From NCBI GenBank assembly GCA_965217775.1, contig CBDCJH010000002.1, forward strand, positions 5,248,001 to 5,312,000: DNA of 64,000 bases, written 5' to 3'. This stretch comes from Acidobacteriota bacterium. GTDB lineage: Bacteria; Acidobacteriota; UBA6911; RPQK01; JAJDTT01. Below are positions 8,000 to 18,119 of the stretch, piece after piece. The translations under genes were made by a program, and so were the position numbers. A model generated the notes under the pieces. The model was not told the origin of the DNA. It was given only the letters and a program-made list of their open reading frames with translations, and searched no databases. How positions within the stretch are numbered: the stretch's first letter is position 1; the number at the start of each line of letters is the position of its first letter.

Positions 8000-10855
8000 A
8001 TGCGCTGGAATCTGGGGCTGATCTTGCTTTTTCTGCCTTGCGCCGTTGCGGCCTGGGGCCAGACGGAGACGAAGGTCTGGAAGGAATCCAGCTTCGAGGA
8101 TTTCGTTGACGGCAGGTTTGGCGACGGCGGCGCCAACACCTACGTTTCCCGGCGCGGACGCATCCAATTGGTGAATCGATGGGACCTCAATCAGGATGGG
8201 TTCATCGACCTGGTCTTTTCCAACACCCATCCCCACAAGGAGAAGATGGACGCGGCCATCTATTGGGGAAACGGCAGGGACTTCGACGTGTCCCGCCGCT
8301 CCTTCATCCCCAACGATGGCGCCCAGTGGGCGGCGGCCGGCGATCTGGATGGGGACGGCCGGATGGACGTGGTCTTCCCCAACTACACTAACGGCACCTG
8401 GGACGGCATGGACTCGTTCGTTTATTTCGGCGGCATCGAGGAGTTGAAGAACCGCCGGGACGACTCGGCGTGGGGTTTCCACCCCTTTTCCAGGAAGATC
8501 ACCCTCCCTTCGCGGGCGGCACAGGGAGCCGCCGTGGCCGATCTGAACCGTGACGGACACCCCGACGTGGTCCTGGCCCTGTCCGCCGGATTCTGGGAGT
8601 ATCGTGTCGGATTTCGGGGAGGGGGTTACGATTCGCCGTCCCGAGTCTTTTGGGGTTCCGCCCAAGGTCCCGACCGGGAGCGCTACGTGGATGTCCCGGC
8701 CCTGGGGGCCTCGGACGCTGCGGTCGCCGATCTGAACCAGGATGGATGGCCCGACCTCATCCTGGCCAACCAGGAAGACAAGGGGAACCAGGACATCGAT
8801 TCCTATGTTCTGTGGGGTGGTGAGGGAGGCTTCAGTCCCCAGCGCAAGGTGGATCTTCCGACCCATCAGGCCTTCGCCGTGGAGGCCGCCGACGTGAATG
8901 GCGACGGCCGCACGGATCTGGTGATCGCCAACGGGAAGGGCCCGGCTTCTTTCGTCTATCTCAACAGTGCGGAAGGCTTCTCGGCCGAGAGACGGCTGGA
9001 GCTTTCCACCAGTAATGCCCGCGACACCGCCGTCGCCGATTTCAACGGCGACGGCCACCAGGACATCTTCTTCACCAATCATCAGTCCCACGGAAACCCT
9101 CTCACCTACTCCTATCTGTATTGGGGCTCTGCGGAAGGCTTCTCCAATGAGCGGCGCCAAGAGTTCGAGACGGTGGGGGCCTGGGGCGTCTCGGCGGCCG
9201 ATCTGAATCGGGACGGGCACGTCGACCTGGTCATCTCCAACTACAAGGAACACTTTTCGTTCGAGGTTCCCTCCTATATCCAATGGAACTCCGAACAGGG
9301 ATTCGCTCCCACCCGGCGCACCTCCCTCTTCACCCAGGGCGCGGTGGGAAACCTGGTCACCGACTTCGACGGCGACGGCCATCCGGACGTGCTCTTCAAC
9401 AACACGGTGGCGCGCAGCCGGGGCGGAAACAGTCCCGTTTTCGTCTACTGGGGAGACGCCCAGGGCCACTACAGCGTCGAGCGGCGAATCTCGCTGCCCG
9501 CCGTCGACCCCTATGAATGGGGATCGGCGGACCTGGACGACGACGGCTGGACCGATCTGGTGGTCTCCAACTTTGGAGAGACGGTTCGGTGGCGCCAGGA
9601 GAGCCACGTCTACTGGGGTGATCCGAAGGGGTTCCAGGTCGACAACCGGTCCGCCCTGATGGGACGCGGCAGCGCCGGCGTGAGCATTGCCGATCTGGAC
9701 CGGGACGGATGGCTGGACGTGGTCCTGTCCAACGTCCCCAGTGAGGAGTTGGCGGAAACGGGAGCGTTCGTCTACTGGGGTGGCGGCGAAGGGTTCGTGG
9801 TCACCGAGCGGCTGGAGTTGGACAACGGGCCCACCGGCATCCCCGCCATTGCCGATCTGAACCGGGACGGACACCTGGACCTCGTTTTCTCGGCCAACGC
9901 AGAGGGTGTCCCCATCTATTGGGGCGACGGAAGCCGCGGCTACTCCTCGTCGCGCCGTGGCATCGTTCCCGGGTCGTCCGGCCTCCGGGGCGTGGAGGTC
10001 GCCGACCTGAATCGGGACGGAGTGCTCGATCTGGTCCTGAGCCGTTCCATCGAAGCGGGTTCCCGGTTGACCACCGGGTTCGTCTATTGGGGCTCGGGAA
10101 AGGGAGAATACGCTGCCGACCGGCGCACCATGTTCGAGATCGAAGGGGCCAACCTGATCACGGTGGCGGACGTGAACCAGGACGGATGGCTGGACCTAGT
10201 GTGCCCCAATTACAACACCGGGTCGAGCCGGGCGACTCTCTCGCGGGTGCATCTGGGCGGACCTGACGGGTTCGACCCGAAGCGGATGTTCGAGCTACCC
10301 ACCAACTCCGGGGCCGGAAGCATGGTGGCGGACTTCAACCAGGATGGATACGCCGACATTCTCTTCGTCTGCCACCGTTCCGAGGGGGACGCCAACCGGA
10401 CCGGATCCTTCGGCGATCACGTCACCAACTCCTTCCTCTACTGGGGAGGAGGCGACGGCTTCCGAGCGGACCGCCGGCTGGAGATCCCGGTCCGCGGACC
10501 CCATAACGACTCGGGGGTGGACCTGGGCAACATCTACGACCGGCGATACGAGTTCGAGTACGTCTCGTCGGCCTACTCGTTCACTGAGGGCCGTCCGGCG
10601 ACCCTGACCTGGAAAGCCCAGACTCCACTGGGCAGCCGAGTGCGTTTCCAGATCAGGACGGCCGAGTCGGAAGCAGAATTGGACGGAGCCGTGTGGCGGG
10701 GACCCGGCGGTCCGGCGACATTCTTCGAGCATCCCGCCGAAATCCCGTATACGGATCCGTCGCACTCGGTGATTCAATACCGTGCGACTCTTCATCCCGC
10801 TCCCACCGGAGTCGTATCGCCGATCCTGGAAGAAGTGGTCGTGCTGTTCCGGTAG
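8000..10855 (+). CDS. Secreted FG-GAP/VCBS repeat protein
   Basis: Many ADLN-DG--DLV...YWG repeats after a signal peptide. Confidence 0.85.
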   Translation: MRWNLGLILLFLPCAVAAWGQTETKVWKESSFEDFVDGRFGDGGANTYVSRRGRIQLVNRWDLNQDGFIDLVFSNTHPHKEKMDAAIYWGNGRDFDVSRRSFIPNDGAQWAAAGDLDGDGRMDVVFPNYTNGTWDGMDSFVYFGGIEELKNRRDDSAWGFHPFSRKITLPSRAAQGAAVADLNRDGHPDVVLALSAGFWEYRVGFRGGGYDSPSRVFWGSAQGPDRERYVDVPALGASDAAVADLNQDGWPDLILANQEDKGNQDIDSYVLWGGEGGFSPQRKVDLPTHQAFAVEAADVNGDGRTDLVIANGKGPASFVYLNSAEGFSAERRLELSTSNARDTAVADFNGDGHQDIFFTNHQSHGNPLTYSYLYWGSAEGFSNERRQEFETVGAWGVSAADLNRDGHVDLVISNYKEHFSFEVPSYIQWNSEQGFAPTRRTSLFTQGAVGNLVTDFDGDGHPDVLFNNTVARSRGGNSPVFVYWGDAQGHYSVERRISLPAVDPYEWGSADLDDDGWTDLVVSNFGETVRWRQESHVYWGDPKGFQVDNRSALMGRGSAGVSIADLDRDGWLDVVLSNVPSEELAETGAFVYWGGGEGFVVTERLELDNGPTGIPAIADLNRDGHLDLVFSANAEGVPIYWGDGSRGYSSSRRGIVPGSSGLRGVEVADLNRDGVLDLVLSRSIEAGSRLTTGFVYWGSGKGEYAADRRTMFEIEGANLITVADVNQDGWLDLVCPNYNTGSSRATLSRVHLGGPDGFDPKRMFELPTNSGAGSMVADFNQDGYADILFVCHRSEGDANRTGSFGDHVTNSFLYWGGGDGFRADRRLEIPVRGPHNDSGVDLGNIYDRRYEFEYVSSAYSFTEGRPATLTWKAQTPLGSRVRFQIRTAESEAELDGAVWRGPGGPATFFEHPAEIPYTDPSHSVIQYRATLHPAPTGVVSPILEEVVVLFR

Positions 10856-10954
10856 GGAATTCGCTCCCGGCATCTGCAACCGGGGAGACTCTACCGTTTC
10901 CATCCGGAGACGGCGGGACTCGTTCTCCACGGAACCTCGCTACCCATGTAGCTT

Positions 10955-11362
10955 TTACCCGGTTTGTGGCGTCACCAGTTTCACTGCAGGGAAGTAGGTC
11001 TGGTATCGCCTCATGTCCCTCGTAAGAAGTGTCAGTCCTTGCGTCTCGGCGTGCGCGCCGATGTAGAAATCCGGTAGCGGCGATGACCGCACACCTCCGG
11101 CGCGACGGTACCGGAGAAAGGCTCTCGCTGCGAGAAACCCAGCCTCGTACGGTAGCTGAAAACGTACGAGCATAAAGGCATTCAGGTGATGGTCCAATTC
11201 TCTGGGGTCGGTGAAAGAAAGGGATGTCTCGGCGTAGATGATCGGGTTGATTCCGACTACTCCGGAGACCAGTGAATCACGTATTGAACGCTCGGACCAG
11301 GGACGCCAGACCGGGTCGTCCGAGAAGATGTCGAGCAATACGTTGGTGTCGACCAGAAACAC
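10955..11362 (-). CDS. vapC: VapC-family PIN toxin
   Basis: LVDTNVLLD, NPIIYAE, PLPDFYIGAHA, LLTRD. Confidence 0.9.
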   Translation of the reverse strand: MFLVDTNVLLDIFSDDPVWRPWSERSIRDSLVSGVVGINPIIYAETSLSFTDPRELDHHLNAFMLVRFQLPYEAGFLAARAFLRYRRAGGVRSSPLPDFYIGAHAETQGLTLLTRDMRRYQTYFPAVKLVTPQTG

Positions 11363-11593
11363 TCAGTCGTCCCCGCGCGTCAGCCGCATCACGTCATCGG
11401 TGCCGAGCCCACTGTCCGCGACGCCGCGTGCGTCGCGGAGGCGCTGCTCTATGAGCGCTCGTTTGGTCAACACGGGACGGATCAACACTCCACCGTCAGA
11501 CTCTTCGAAGGCCGCCTCCGTATTGGGGAGCAGTCCGAACTTCAGCCTGAGGCGCTGGGGGATTGTCACCTGACCCTTAGAGGTAATTCTCAT
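11363..11593 (-). CDS. AbrB/MazE-type antitoxin
   Basis: MRITSKGQVTIPQRLR; lies directly upstream of the PIN toxin. Confidence 0.9.
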   Translation of the reverse strand: MRITSKGQVTIPQRLRLKFGLLPNTEAAFEESDGGVLIRPVLTKRALIEQRLRDARGVADSGLGTDDVMRLTRGDD

Positions 11594-11628
11594 TGTAAGA
11601 GTATTACTGACTAAAGTCTTACATTCAA
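11594..11628 (-). promoter_or_regulatory. Sigma70 promoter with operator palindrome for the TA operon (leaderless)
   Basis: TTGAAT-N17-AATACT, 6 nt before the ATG. Inverted repeat TGTAAGA (11594-11600) / TCTTACA (11617-11623). Confidence 0.65.
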
Positions 11629-11730
11629 GGCCCATCGAGTGACGACGGGTTCAGACCGGTGTGGTCAGTCCTCCTGTGGCGAATATCGGACCATCGGATC
11701 GTGTGAAAGCAGGAAAAGCTGCAATTCGCG

Positions 11731-12774
11731 TCAGGCCTGGATCCCATAGATCTCCATGGCGGTCCCGCCCCGGATCTGGGCAATGTCGCTTTCGCTCATG
11801 TACGGGCACCGCTCCTTGACGTAATCGAACTGGTGCCGGTATTGCTCGACGGTCGGAAGGTTCACGTGGGTGTACTCGGAGCCCCACATCAGCTTGGACG
11901 GGCCGAAGGTGTCGTAAAACGCCTTGAGGACCACGTCGCCGGGACCATACATGTCGGACTTGTGCTGGAGTCCGGTGAGGATCTCCATGACGACGTTGTA
12001 GTTTCTGACCAGCTCGACGACCGCTTCAGGAATTCGGACGGAGCCATCGTCCTGCAGGCAACTGGGCGGCCAATAGCCGTGGATGACGACCACCTTCAGA
12101 TCCGGAAACCGTTTGACCACGTTCAAAAGAGCCGGTCCCAGGGTCTGGAAGTTGTACGAATAAGACGTGATGCAGACGGGGACGCCCAGTGATTGGACCA
12201 GTTCCCATTGAGGGTCGTAACGGGGATGGTCGAAGTGGTAGAAGGGGTCGGGGGTGCCCCACTCCTTGGGGTCCATCCCCATTTTAACCCTCTGTTCCGG
12301 TGGCCAGCAGTCGTAGTACCAGCCCTTGAACCCCCATTCCTCGATGTGTTGCTGGATCAGCTTCAGCCCGCGGTCACCGGGGAGCAGCCGTTCGTCGATC
12401 TTGCTGATGGCGACGAACCGGCCCGGATGTTCCTTCATCACGCGGCGGTGGTATCGGTGCAGGTAGAAGGCGCATTGGAGCACCTGCATTTCGATGCCGA
12501 CGGCATCCATCAGGTAGAGGTTGTCCCGGTGGGACATCCCGTACTTCCAGTTTTTTCTGTACTCTCCATCCAGGTCTTGAATCTCAACTTGGCTGATGTG
12601 GCCATGGGCATCGATCTTCAGGGGCCGGTCGTCCTTCCTGTTTGGGCCAGAGATACGCGCGCTTCGCGCCTCGGCTCCGACAAGATGGGCGGCGGCGGCG
12701 GTCCCCAGGGCCTGTGCGGATCGGTGAAGAAAACCGCGGCGAGTCTGAGCGCCGTCAACTCGAGAACTCAACAT
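11731..12774 (-). CDS. Amidohydrolase_2 family protein with Tat signal
   Basis: TRRGFL, KIDAHGH, FPDLKVVVIHG, LMWGSEY. Confidence 0.8.
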   Translation of the reverse strand: MLSSRVDGAQTRRGFLHRSAQALGTAAAAHLVGAEARSARISGPNRKDDRPLKIDAHGHISQVEIQDLDGEYRKNWKYGMSHRDNLYLMDAVGIEMQVLQCAFYLHRYHRRVMKEHPGRFVAISKIDERLLPGDRGLKLIQQHIEEWGFKGWYYDCWPPEQRVKMGMDPKEWGTPDPFYHFDHPRYDPQWELVQSLGVPVCITSYSYNFQTLGPALLNVVKRFPDLKVVVIHGYWPPSCLQDDGSVRIPEAVVELVRNYNVVMEILTGLQHKSDMYGPGDVVLKAFYDTFGPSKLMWGSEYTHVNLPTVEQYRHQFDYVKERCPYMSESDIAQIRGGTAMEIYGIQA

Positions 12775-12846
12775 GGATCACCTCCTGGACCACGGGACGT
12801 CACTGGTCCGAATCGATGTGGAAGATACGGAATACGACAGTTCGTA

Positions 12847-14568
12847 TCAATATTCCAGCCGCGTTTCAGGGTGAGAGTCCGGTGGTTCGCTCCTTTGGCC
12901 GGCGGTCTTGACCCATCCCTGCGGTCGGAGCACGACATCCAGGAAACTGGTTCGATCCTTCTGAATTGACACCAGTTTGGGCCGAACCGTCGCCAGTTCC
13001 GATTGGGTCCTTCTCGACTCCTGAGTCCAGTCCAGCTCCGGGCGCGAGTGGAAGCTCAAGGAGTAGAGGCCCGGCGGGATCCCTTCCAGGCTGAAACGCC
13101 CCTCTTGGGAAAAGCTCCTGAAGATACCCAGGTCGAAACCATCCTTTCTCAATACGATGGTGAAATCCCATACGGGATTCCCGTCGGAATCAGCGACGTT
13201 GCCCTCGATCCGCCCCCCACTCTTGACCCGTAGATCGATGTTGGCCTGGTAGGACCGGATCACCTTGGCCTCCGTGATGCCGCGTCCCAGGTGAAGGGCC
13301 GTGGCATAGATGCGAAAGGGGTACTCGGTGGCGTGATAGGTTTGCGTCTGCTTCGACCCGCCGGCCTCCCCGGCGATCGGGGAGACGATACCCTTGCCGC
13401 TCTCCAGGGCGGTCCCGATCACGAAGGGATCCGCGACGGTCCTTCCGTTGCTATCGTAGACTCGCACCGTGAAGCTCCGGTAAGCCTTGAGGACCGGAAA
13501 GATCTCGGTGTCCCGGATCACTTCATATACTTCCCGGAACTTCTGGTAGCCGTCGAGTTGAGCTCTCACCGTGGCGAGACCCGGCGGCAGATCGAATTCG
13601 AAGTAGCCTTCCGAGTCGGTGGTGGCATGGTCAAATCCCGTCCTACCGGACTCCATCCGCAGGTCCAGGTTGACCTTCGCCGCAGCCAGGGGGCCTCCCT
13701 CCTCACCGGAGATCCAACCCGGCAGCCGGACCATTTCGTCCGGTTCGGTCAGGACTATCTCGAGGGGTCCCGGAGGAGGGACATGGACCACTCCTACATA
13801 GGGTCGAAACCTCAATGTGAACACGTTGATCGCGTATCTCCCCTTCGGGGCTTCCAGCGAGAAGAATCCGTTCCGGTCCGTCTTGGCCCATCGAGGCTGT
13901 TCTGCTCTTCTCTGAATTCGGTTCCAAACCCGGACCGGGACATCGGCGGGTTTTTTGTGACGCAGACGCGTTCCCTCCTTCGACTCAGGTTCGGCCCGGA
14001 GGGAAATGGGAACCTCCGGGACTCCCTGACCGGTCCGGTCCCGGACCGATCCGGTCACCAGGGTCTCGGGGACTCTCGAGAGCAGGGGTATCGTGCGCCG
14101 AGCCTCAAGCCCCTCTGCTGCAAGGCTGACGTGGTGGGAGAGGTAGTCCGGATGCAGCGCAAACAGCCAGTAATGCCCGCGGTCCAGTTCTAAAGTGGTC
14201 CGTCCATCTGGTCCGGTCTCCCCTGAAAATTTCCTGGACCACGACCACAAATCCGCGACGTGAACCGTGGCCTCCGGCAGCGGAACTCGAGTTTCTTCAT
14301 CGATCACCAGGACCTCAAGCCGGGTTGGAGCATCGTTCCATTCCCCGGCTCTCTTCGCCGTACCGACCTTCGGAAGCTCTTGAGGTCTTTTCTCGCCGGC
14401 GCCGTACGGCGCCGGCCGCCGCACTCCGTCCTCGTCTCGAGGCGTCTGGATCTGGGAACTGGAGTGGGGAGTCGACACGGACTCCGGATCCGGACCGCCG
14501 TCGCGGAGAAGCAGGAAAACCAGGATCATCGCCAGTGGGAGCAGCAGGAATCGACGGGACCTGCCCAT
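12847..14568 (-). CDS. Membrane-anchored carboxypeptidase-regulatory-like domain repeat protein
   Basis: Repeated G-V-D--G-P...TD--G-F-L...PG-Y beta-sandwich modules; N-terminal TM helix. Confidence 0.7.
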   Translation of the reverse strand: MGRSRRFLLLPLAMILVFLLLRDGGPDPESVSTPHSSSQIQTPRDEDGVRRPAPYGAGEKRPQELPKVGTAKRAGEWNDAPTRLEVLVIDEETRVPLPEATVHVADLWSWSRKFSGETGPDGRTTLELDRGHYWLFALHPDYLSHHVSLAAEGLEARRTIPLLSRVPETLVTGSVRDRTGQGVPEVPISLRAEPESKEGTRLRHKKPADVPVRVWNRIQRRAEQPRWAKTDRNGFFSLEAPKGRYAINVFTLRFRPYVGVVHVPPPGPLEIVLTEPDEMVRLPGWISGEEGGPLAAAKVNLDLRMESGRTGFDHATTDSEGYFEFDLPPGLATVRAQLDGYQKFREVYEVIRDTEIFPVLKAYRSFTVRVYDSNGRTVADPFVIGTALESGKGIVSPIAGEAGGSKQTQTYHATEYPFRIYATALHLGRGITEAKVIRSYQANIDLRVKSGGRIEGNVADSDGNPVWDFTIVLRKDGFDLGIFRSFSQEGRFSLEGIPPGLYSLSFHSRPELDWTQESRRTQSELATVRPKLVSIQKDRTSFLDVVLRPQGWVKTAGQRSEPPDSHPETRLEY

Positions 14569-14599
14569 GTCTCGTCTCCGGGCGGTACTTCAGAGGGCG

Positions 14600-14675
14600 T
14601 GGAGGCGGCGACCGGATTCGAACCGGTGAATGGAGGTTTTGCAGACCTCTCCCTTAGCCACTTGGGTACGCCGCC
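14600..14675 (-). tRNA. tRNA-Cys(GCA)
   Basis: GGCGGCG acceptor stem, GAGGT-CTGCAAA-ACCTC anticodon arm, GGTTCGAATCC, encoded CCA. Confidence 0.97.
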
Positions 14676-14688
14676 ACCGATTCCGTCC

Positions 14689-14718
14689 ATTATAGGGAAC
14701 GCCGGAATTGGAACTCAA
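14689..14718 (-). promoter_or_regulatory. Putative tRNA-Cys promoter
   Basis: TTGAGT-N18-TATAAT on the - strand just upstream of the tRNA. Confidence 0.55.
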
Positions 14719-14748
14719 ATCTACGAGATCTGAGACCCGGAAGGATTC

Positions 14749-14777
14749 TTGACCGGTTGCGGTATTTCCAATAGCTT
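14749..14777 (+). promoter_or_regulatory. Putative bioFDA promoter
   Basis: TTGACC-N17-TAGCTT. Confidence 0.5.
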
Positions 14778-14801
14778 GTACCCCATGCCGGCGGGGACTC
14801 C

Positions 14802-15953
14802 ATGAGAACTCTCGGTCGGGAATTGGAGCACCGCCTCGAGCGGATCCGCTCGTCCGGCCGCTACCGGTCCCTTGAGGAAGCGTCCCCCCAGCTAGAGGAC
14901 TTCTGCTCCAACGACTACCTTGATCTGTCCCGCGATCCCCGGCTGAGGGCGTTCCTGATCGAGCGCCTGCAAGAGGAGGCCGGGTCCCGTCCCGTCTCCG
15001 CCCCCTCCTCCCGGCTGCTGCGGGGAAACACGCCGCAACACCGCTTCCTGGAAGAGAAGCTGGCCCGCTTCAAGGGAACCGAAGCTGCCTTGGTGTTTCC
15101 CAGCGGCTACCAAGCCAACCTGGGTCTCCTCTCCACCCTCATGGGTCCCCGGGACCGAGTGGTTTCGGACCGGCTCAACCATGCCAGCATCATCGACGGA
15201 ATTCGCTTGAGCGGGGCGCGGAAGGTCATCCACCCACACCGGGATCTGGGGGCGATGCGAACCGCTCTCTCGTCTCCCCATCCGCGGGGGCGAACCTTTC
15301 TGGTCACCGAGTCCCTTTTCAGCATGGATGGAGACATCGCCCCATTGGACCAGTACGCCGACTTGGCCGAGGAGTGGGGAGCCGATCTGATCGTGGACGA
15401 CTCCCATGCCACCGGTCTCTTCGGCGACGGTCGAGGGTCGGGTCTCACGGAGCATTTCGGAATCGAGAAACGGGTTGCGGCCATCGTCTCGGGGTGCGGC
15501 AAAGGCCTGGGAGTGGCCGGCGCCTTCGTGGCCGGCCCCCGAACCGTCATCGAATACCTGATCAACGCTTGCCGCAGCTTCATCTTCACGACCTCCACGC
15601 CGCCGCTTCTCCTCTACGCGTTGGAGGCGGCGTTGGACATCATCCGGAGCGACCCGGAACGCCGGGAACGGGTCCTGGAGCTCTCCCACCTCCTGCGCCG
15701 GCAACTGAGAGCACAGGGACTGGACACATTGGACAGCGCGGGCCCCATCGTGCCGGTCATCCTGGGGGACAACCGCCGTGCTCTGGCCGTCGCCCAGCGG
15801 CTTCGAGAGCAGGGCTTGGACGTGAGGGCGCTTCGTCCCCCCACGGTGCCGGCCGGAACCGCACGGCTCCGGATCTCGGTTCATGCCAACCATACTCCCG
15901 AGCAGTTGGATCGCCTGTGCCGGGCTCTGGCTCAAGCCCTGGAGGCCGTTTGA
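14802..15953 (+). CDS. bioF: 8-amino-7-oxononanoate synthase
   Basis: DFCSNDYL, SGYQAN, NHASIIDG, ESLFSMDGD, DDSHATG, RPPTVP. Confidence 0.93.
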   Translation: MRTLGRELEHRLERIRSSGRYRSLEEASPQLEDFCSNDYLDLSRDPRLRAFLIERLQEEAGSRPVSAPSSRLLRGNTPQHRFLEEKLARFKGTEAALVFPSGYQANLGLLSTLMGPRDRVVSDRLNHASIIDGIRLSGARKVIHPHRDLGAMRTALSSPHPRGRTFLVTESLFSMDGDIAPLDQYADLAEEWGADLIVDDSHATGLFGDGRGSGLTEHFGIEKRVAAIVSGCGKGLGVAGAFVAGPRTVIEYLINACRSFIFTTSTPPLLLYALEAALDIIRSDPERRERVLELSHLLRRQLRAQGLDTLDSAGPIVPVILGDNRRALAVAQRLREQGLDVRALRPPTVPAGTARLRISVHANHTPEQLDRLCRALAQALEAV

Positions 15954-16642
15954 TGGAAATCGTGGTCACCGGAACCGGAACCGAGATCGGGAAGACGGTC
16001 GTTTCCGCCGTTCTCCTGGCCCGCTGGTCCGGACAATTGGGAGTGAGCTACTGGAAACCCGTTGCCACGGGGGCGGAGGAGGGAAGCGACAGCCGGGAGG
16101 TGGCTTCCCTGGTGGGGCCGGAGCTGCGGGTTCTGGAGGAGTGTTACCGGTTCGCGCCTCCTCTCTCGCCTCACCTGGCGGCCCGTTTGGCTGGAGTCGA
16201 GATCGAACCGGAACGCATTCTTTCCGCCTACCGGCGTCATCGGGAGTCCTCGGGAAACGGTCTTCTGGTCGTGGAGGGGATCGGAGGGCTCCTCGTGCCC
16301 CTGACCGATCGAGGGTATCTCCTGGCCGATCTCCTGAGCGCCCTGGACCTGCCCTGTCTCGTGGTCTCGTCGAGCCGGCTCGGGACCATCAACCACACTC
16401 TCCTGACCCTGGAAGCGCTCCGTTCCAGAGGCCTGAGTCTGGCGGGAGTGGTCCTGAACGGTCCCGCCAACCTGGAAAATCGGTGGGCCATCGAGAGGTT
16501 TGGCCAGACCCGTGTCGTGGCGGAGTTGGAACCGCTCAATCCCCTCTCTCGGGAGACCGTTGCCCGGGCAGCTTCCGAATTCGACCCGGAAGGTGTTTTG
16601 GAGCACAATCTCCGGCAGTCCCGGTCGGACGGCAGGGTGTAG
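15953..16642 (+). CDS. bioD: Dethiobiotin synthase
   Basis: VTGTGTEIGKT, WKPVATG, SPHLAA, VEGIGG, LGTINHTLLT. TGATG coupling to bioF. Confidence 0.93.
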   Translation: MEIVVTGTGTEIGKTVVSAVLLARWSGQLGVSYWKPVATGAEEGSDSREVASLVGPELRVLEECYRFAPPLSPHLAARLAGVEIEPERILSAYRRHRESSGNGLLVVEGIGGLLVPLTDRGYLLADLLSALDLPCLVVSSSRLGTINHTLLTLEALRSRGLSLAGVVLNGPANLENRWAIERFGQTRVVAELEPLNPLSRETVARAASEFDPEGVLEHNLRQSRSDGRV

Positions 16643-16653
16643 TACGGTAGCGA

Positions 16654-17991
16654 GTGTCAGCAATGGGAGATTTCGGCGGCTGGGTGTCCCAGGATCGGAA
16701 ATACGTCTGGCATCCGTTTACCCAGATGCAGACGGCGCCTCCTCCGATTCCCATAGAGCGGGCCCAGGGGATCTATCTCCATACGGCGGACGGCCGGCGC
16801 CTATTGGACGGCATCTCCTCCTGGTGGGTCAACATCCACGGACACAATCATCCCCGTCTCAACCGCGCGTTGGAGGAACAGGCTTCGCGGCTGGGGCACG
16901 TGCTGTTTGCCGGTTGCACACATGAACCGGCGGCACGGTTGGCCTCCGAGCTGGTCCGGCGGGCGCCGTCAGGGTTGACCCGGGTCTTCTTCTCGGACAA
17001 CGGATCCACTTCGGTGGAAGTGGCTCTGAAGATGTCCTACCAGTACTGGAGGAACCGGGGCGAGACCCGGGATCTCTTCATCTCTCTGAAACATGCCTAC
17101 CATGGCGACACGCTGGGGGCCATGGGAGTGGGGGGAGTCGATGCCTTCCATGCCCAGTTCGCGGACCTTCTGGTTCAGCAGCTCCAGACCCACTCCCCCA
17201 CCTGCCGAACCTGCCCGGTGGGACGCATCCGCGCCACCTGCCGGATCGAGTGCAGCGGCCGGCTTGAGGATCTCCTGCGGGAGTCGGGTCACCGGGTGGC
17301 GGCGGTCATCGTGGAACCCATGGTTCAGGGGGCCGGTGGAATGATCATCTGGCCGGTGGAGTTCCTGAACCTGGTTCGGGACCTGACTCGCCGGCACGGG
17401 ACGCTGCTCATTGCCGACGAGGTTTTCACCGGCTTCGGCAGGACCGGAAAGATGTTTGCCTGCGAACATGGACCGGTGACGCCCGATCTCATGTGCCTCT
17501 CCAAAGCCCTCACGGGCGGGTATCTTCCCCTGGCCGCCACCTTGGTGACCGAGCCCTTGTACCAGGCGTTCCTCAGCGAGGATCGGGGGCGCGGGTTTCT
17601 GCACGGACATTCCTACACCGCCAACCCCCTGGGATGCGCCGTCGCCCTGGAAAGCCTGCTGCTGTTCGATCAGGAAAGGCGATTGGAGCGGGTGGCCCGA
17701 TTGGAGCAACTCTTCTCCGAGCGTCTGGCGCGCATCGGCCGGTTGCCGGGCGTGGCCGAGGTTCGAGGCATCGGAGCGCTGGCAGTGGTGGAACTGGAAG
17801 CCGAGGGGGAGGCAGGCTACCTCGACTCTCGATCACCCCGGTTGATCCAAGCCTTTTTGGAGAGGGGTCTTCTGCTACGGCCTCTGGGAAACGTCCTTTA
17901 TTTCCTTCCCCCATACGTCATCGAGGATCGGGAAGTCCACCGGGCCTTCGACGTCATCGAGGAGGTCCTGGTCTCCATCGTTCAAGGTTGA
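16654..17991 (+). CDS. bioA: Adenosylmethionine-8-amino-7-oxononanoate aminotransferase
   Basis: VWHPFTQM, DGISSWWVNIHGH, DNGSTSVEVALKM, YHGDT, DEVFTGFGRTG, HGHSYTANP. Confidence 0.95.
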   Translation: MSAMGDFGGWVSQDRKYVWHPFTQMQTAPPPIPIERAQGIYLHTADGRRLLDGISSWWVNIHGHNHPRLNRALEEQASRLGHVLFAGCTHEPAARLASELVRRAPSGLTRVFFSDNGSTSVEVALKMSYQYWRNRGETRDLFISLKHAYHGDTLGAMGVGGVDAFHAQFADLLVQQLQTHSPTCRTCPVGRIRATCRIECSGRLEDLLRESGHRVAAVIVEPMVQGAGGMIIWPVEFLNLVRDLTRRHGTLLIADEVFTGFGRTGKMFACEHGPVTPDLMCLSKALTGGYLPLAATLVTEPLYQAFLSEDRGRGFLHGHSYTANPLGCAVALESLLLFDQERRLERVARLEQLFSERLARIGRLPGVAEVRGIGALAVVELEAEGEAGYLDSRSPRLIQAFLERGLLLRPLGNVLYFLPPYVIEDREVHRAFDVIEEVLVSIVQG

Positions 17992-18119
17992 GGGCCCTTT
18001 CTCCGCCTGTCCTGTCAGCGCACATGCCTGCGGTCTGTTTGCTTTCCGATTTGTGGCTGTGCTAGCCTCCATTCCTGGTTGCGGTTTTACAACCGTGCGT
18101 TGCCGACCATTGGAGGGAG

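Noticed and set aside
7193-9874. 893-aa minus-strand ORF and other long antisense ORFs (e.g. 23190-25613, 44567-46399, 57470-58954)
   Set aside because: Mirror frames of GC-rich real genes, with no motifs.
14576-14600. tRNA-Cys as an integration site
   Set aside because: No duplicated tRNA 3' end or integrase was found in the window.
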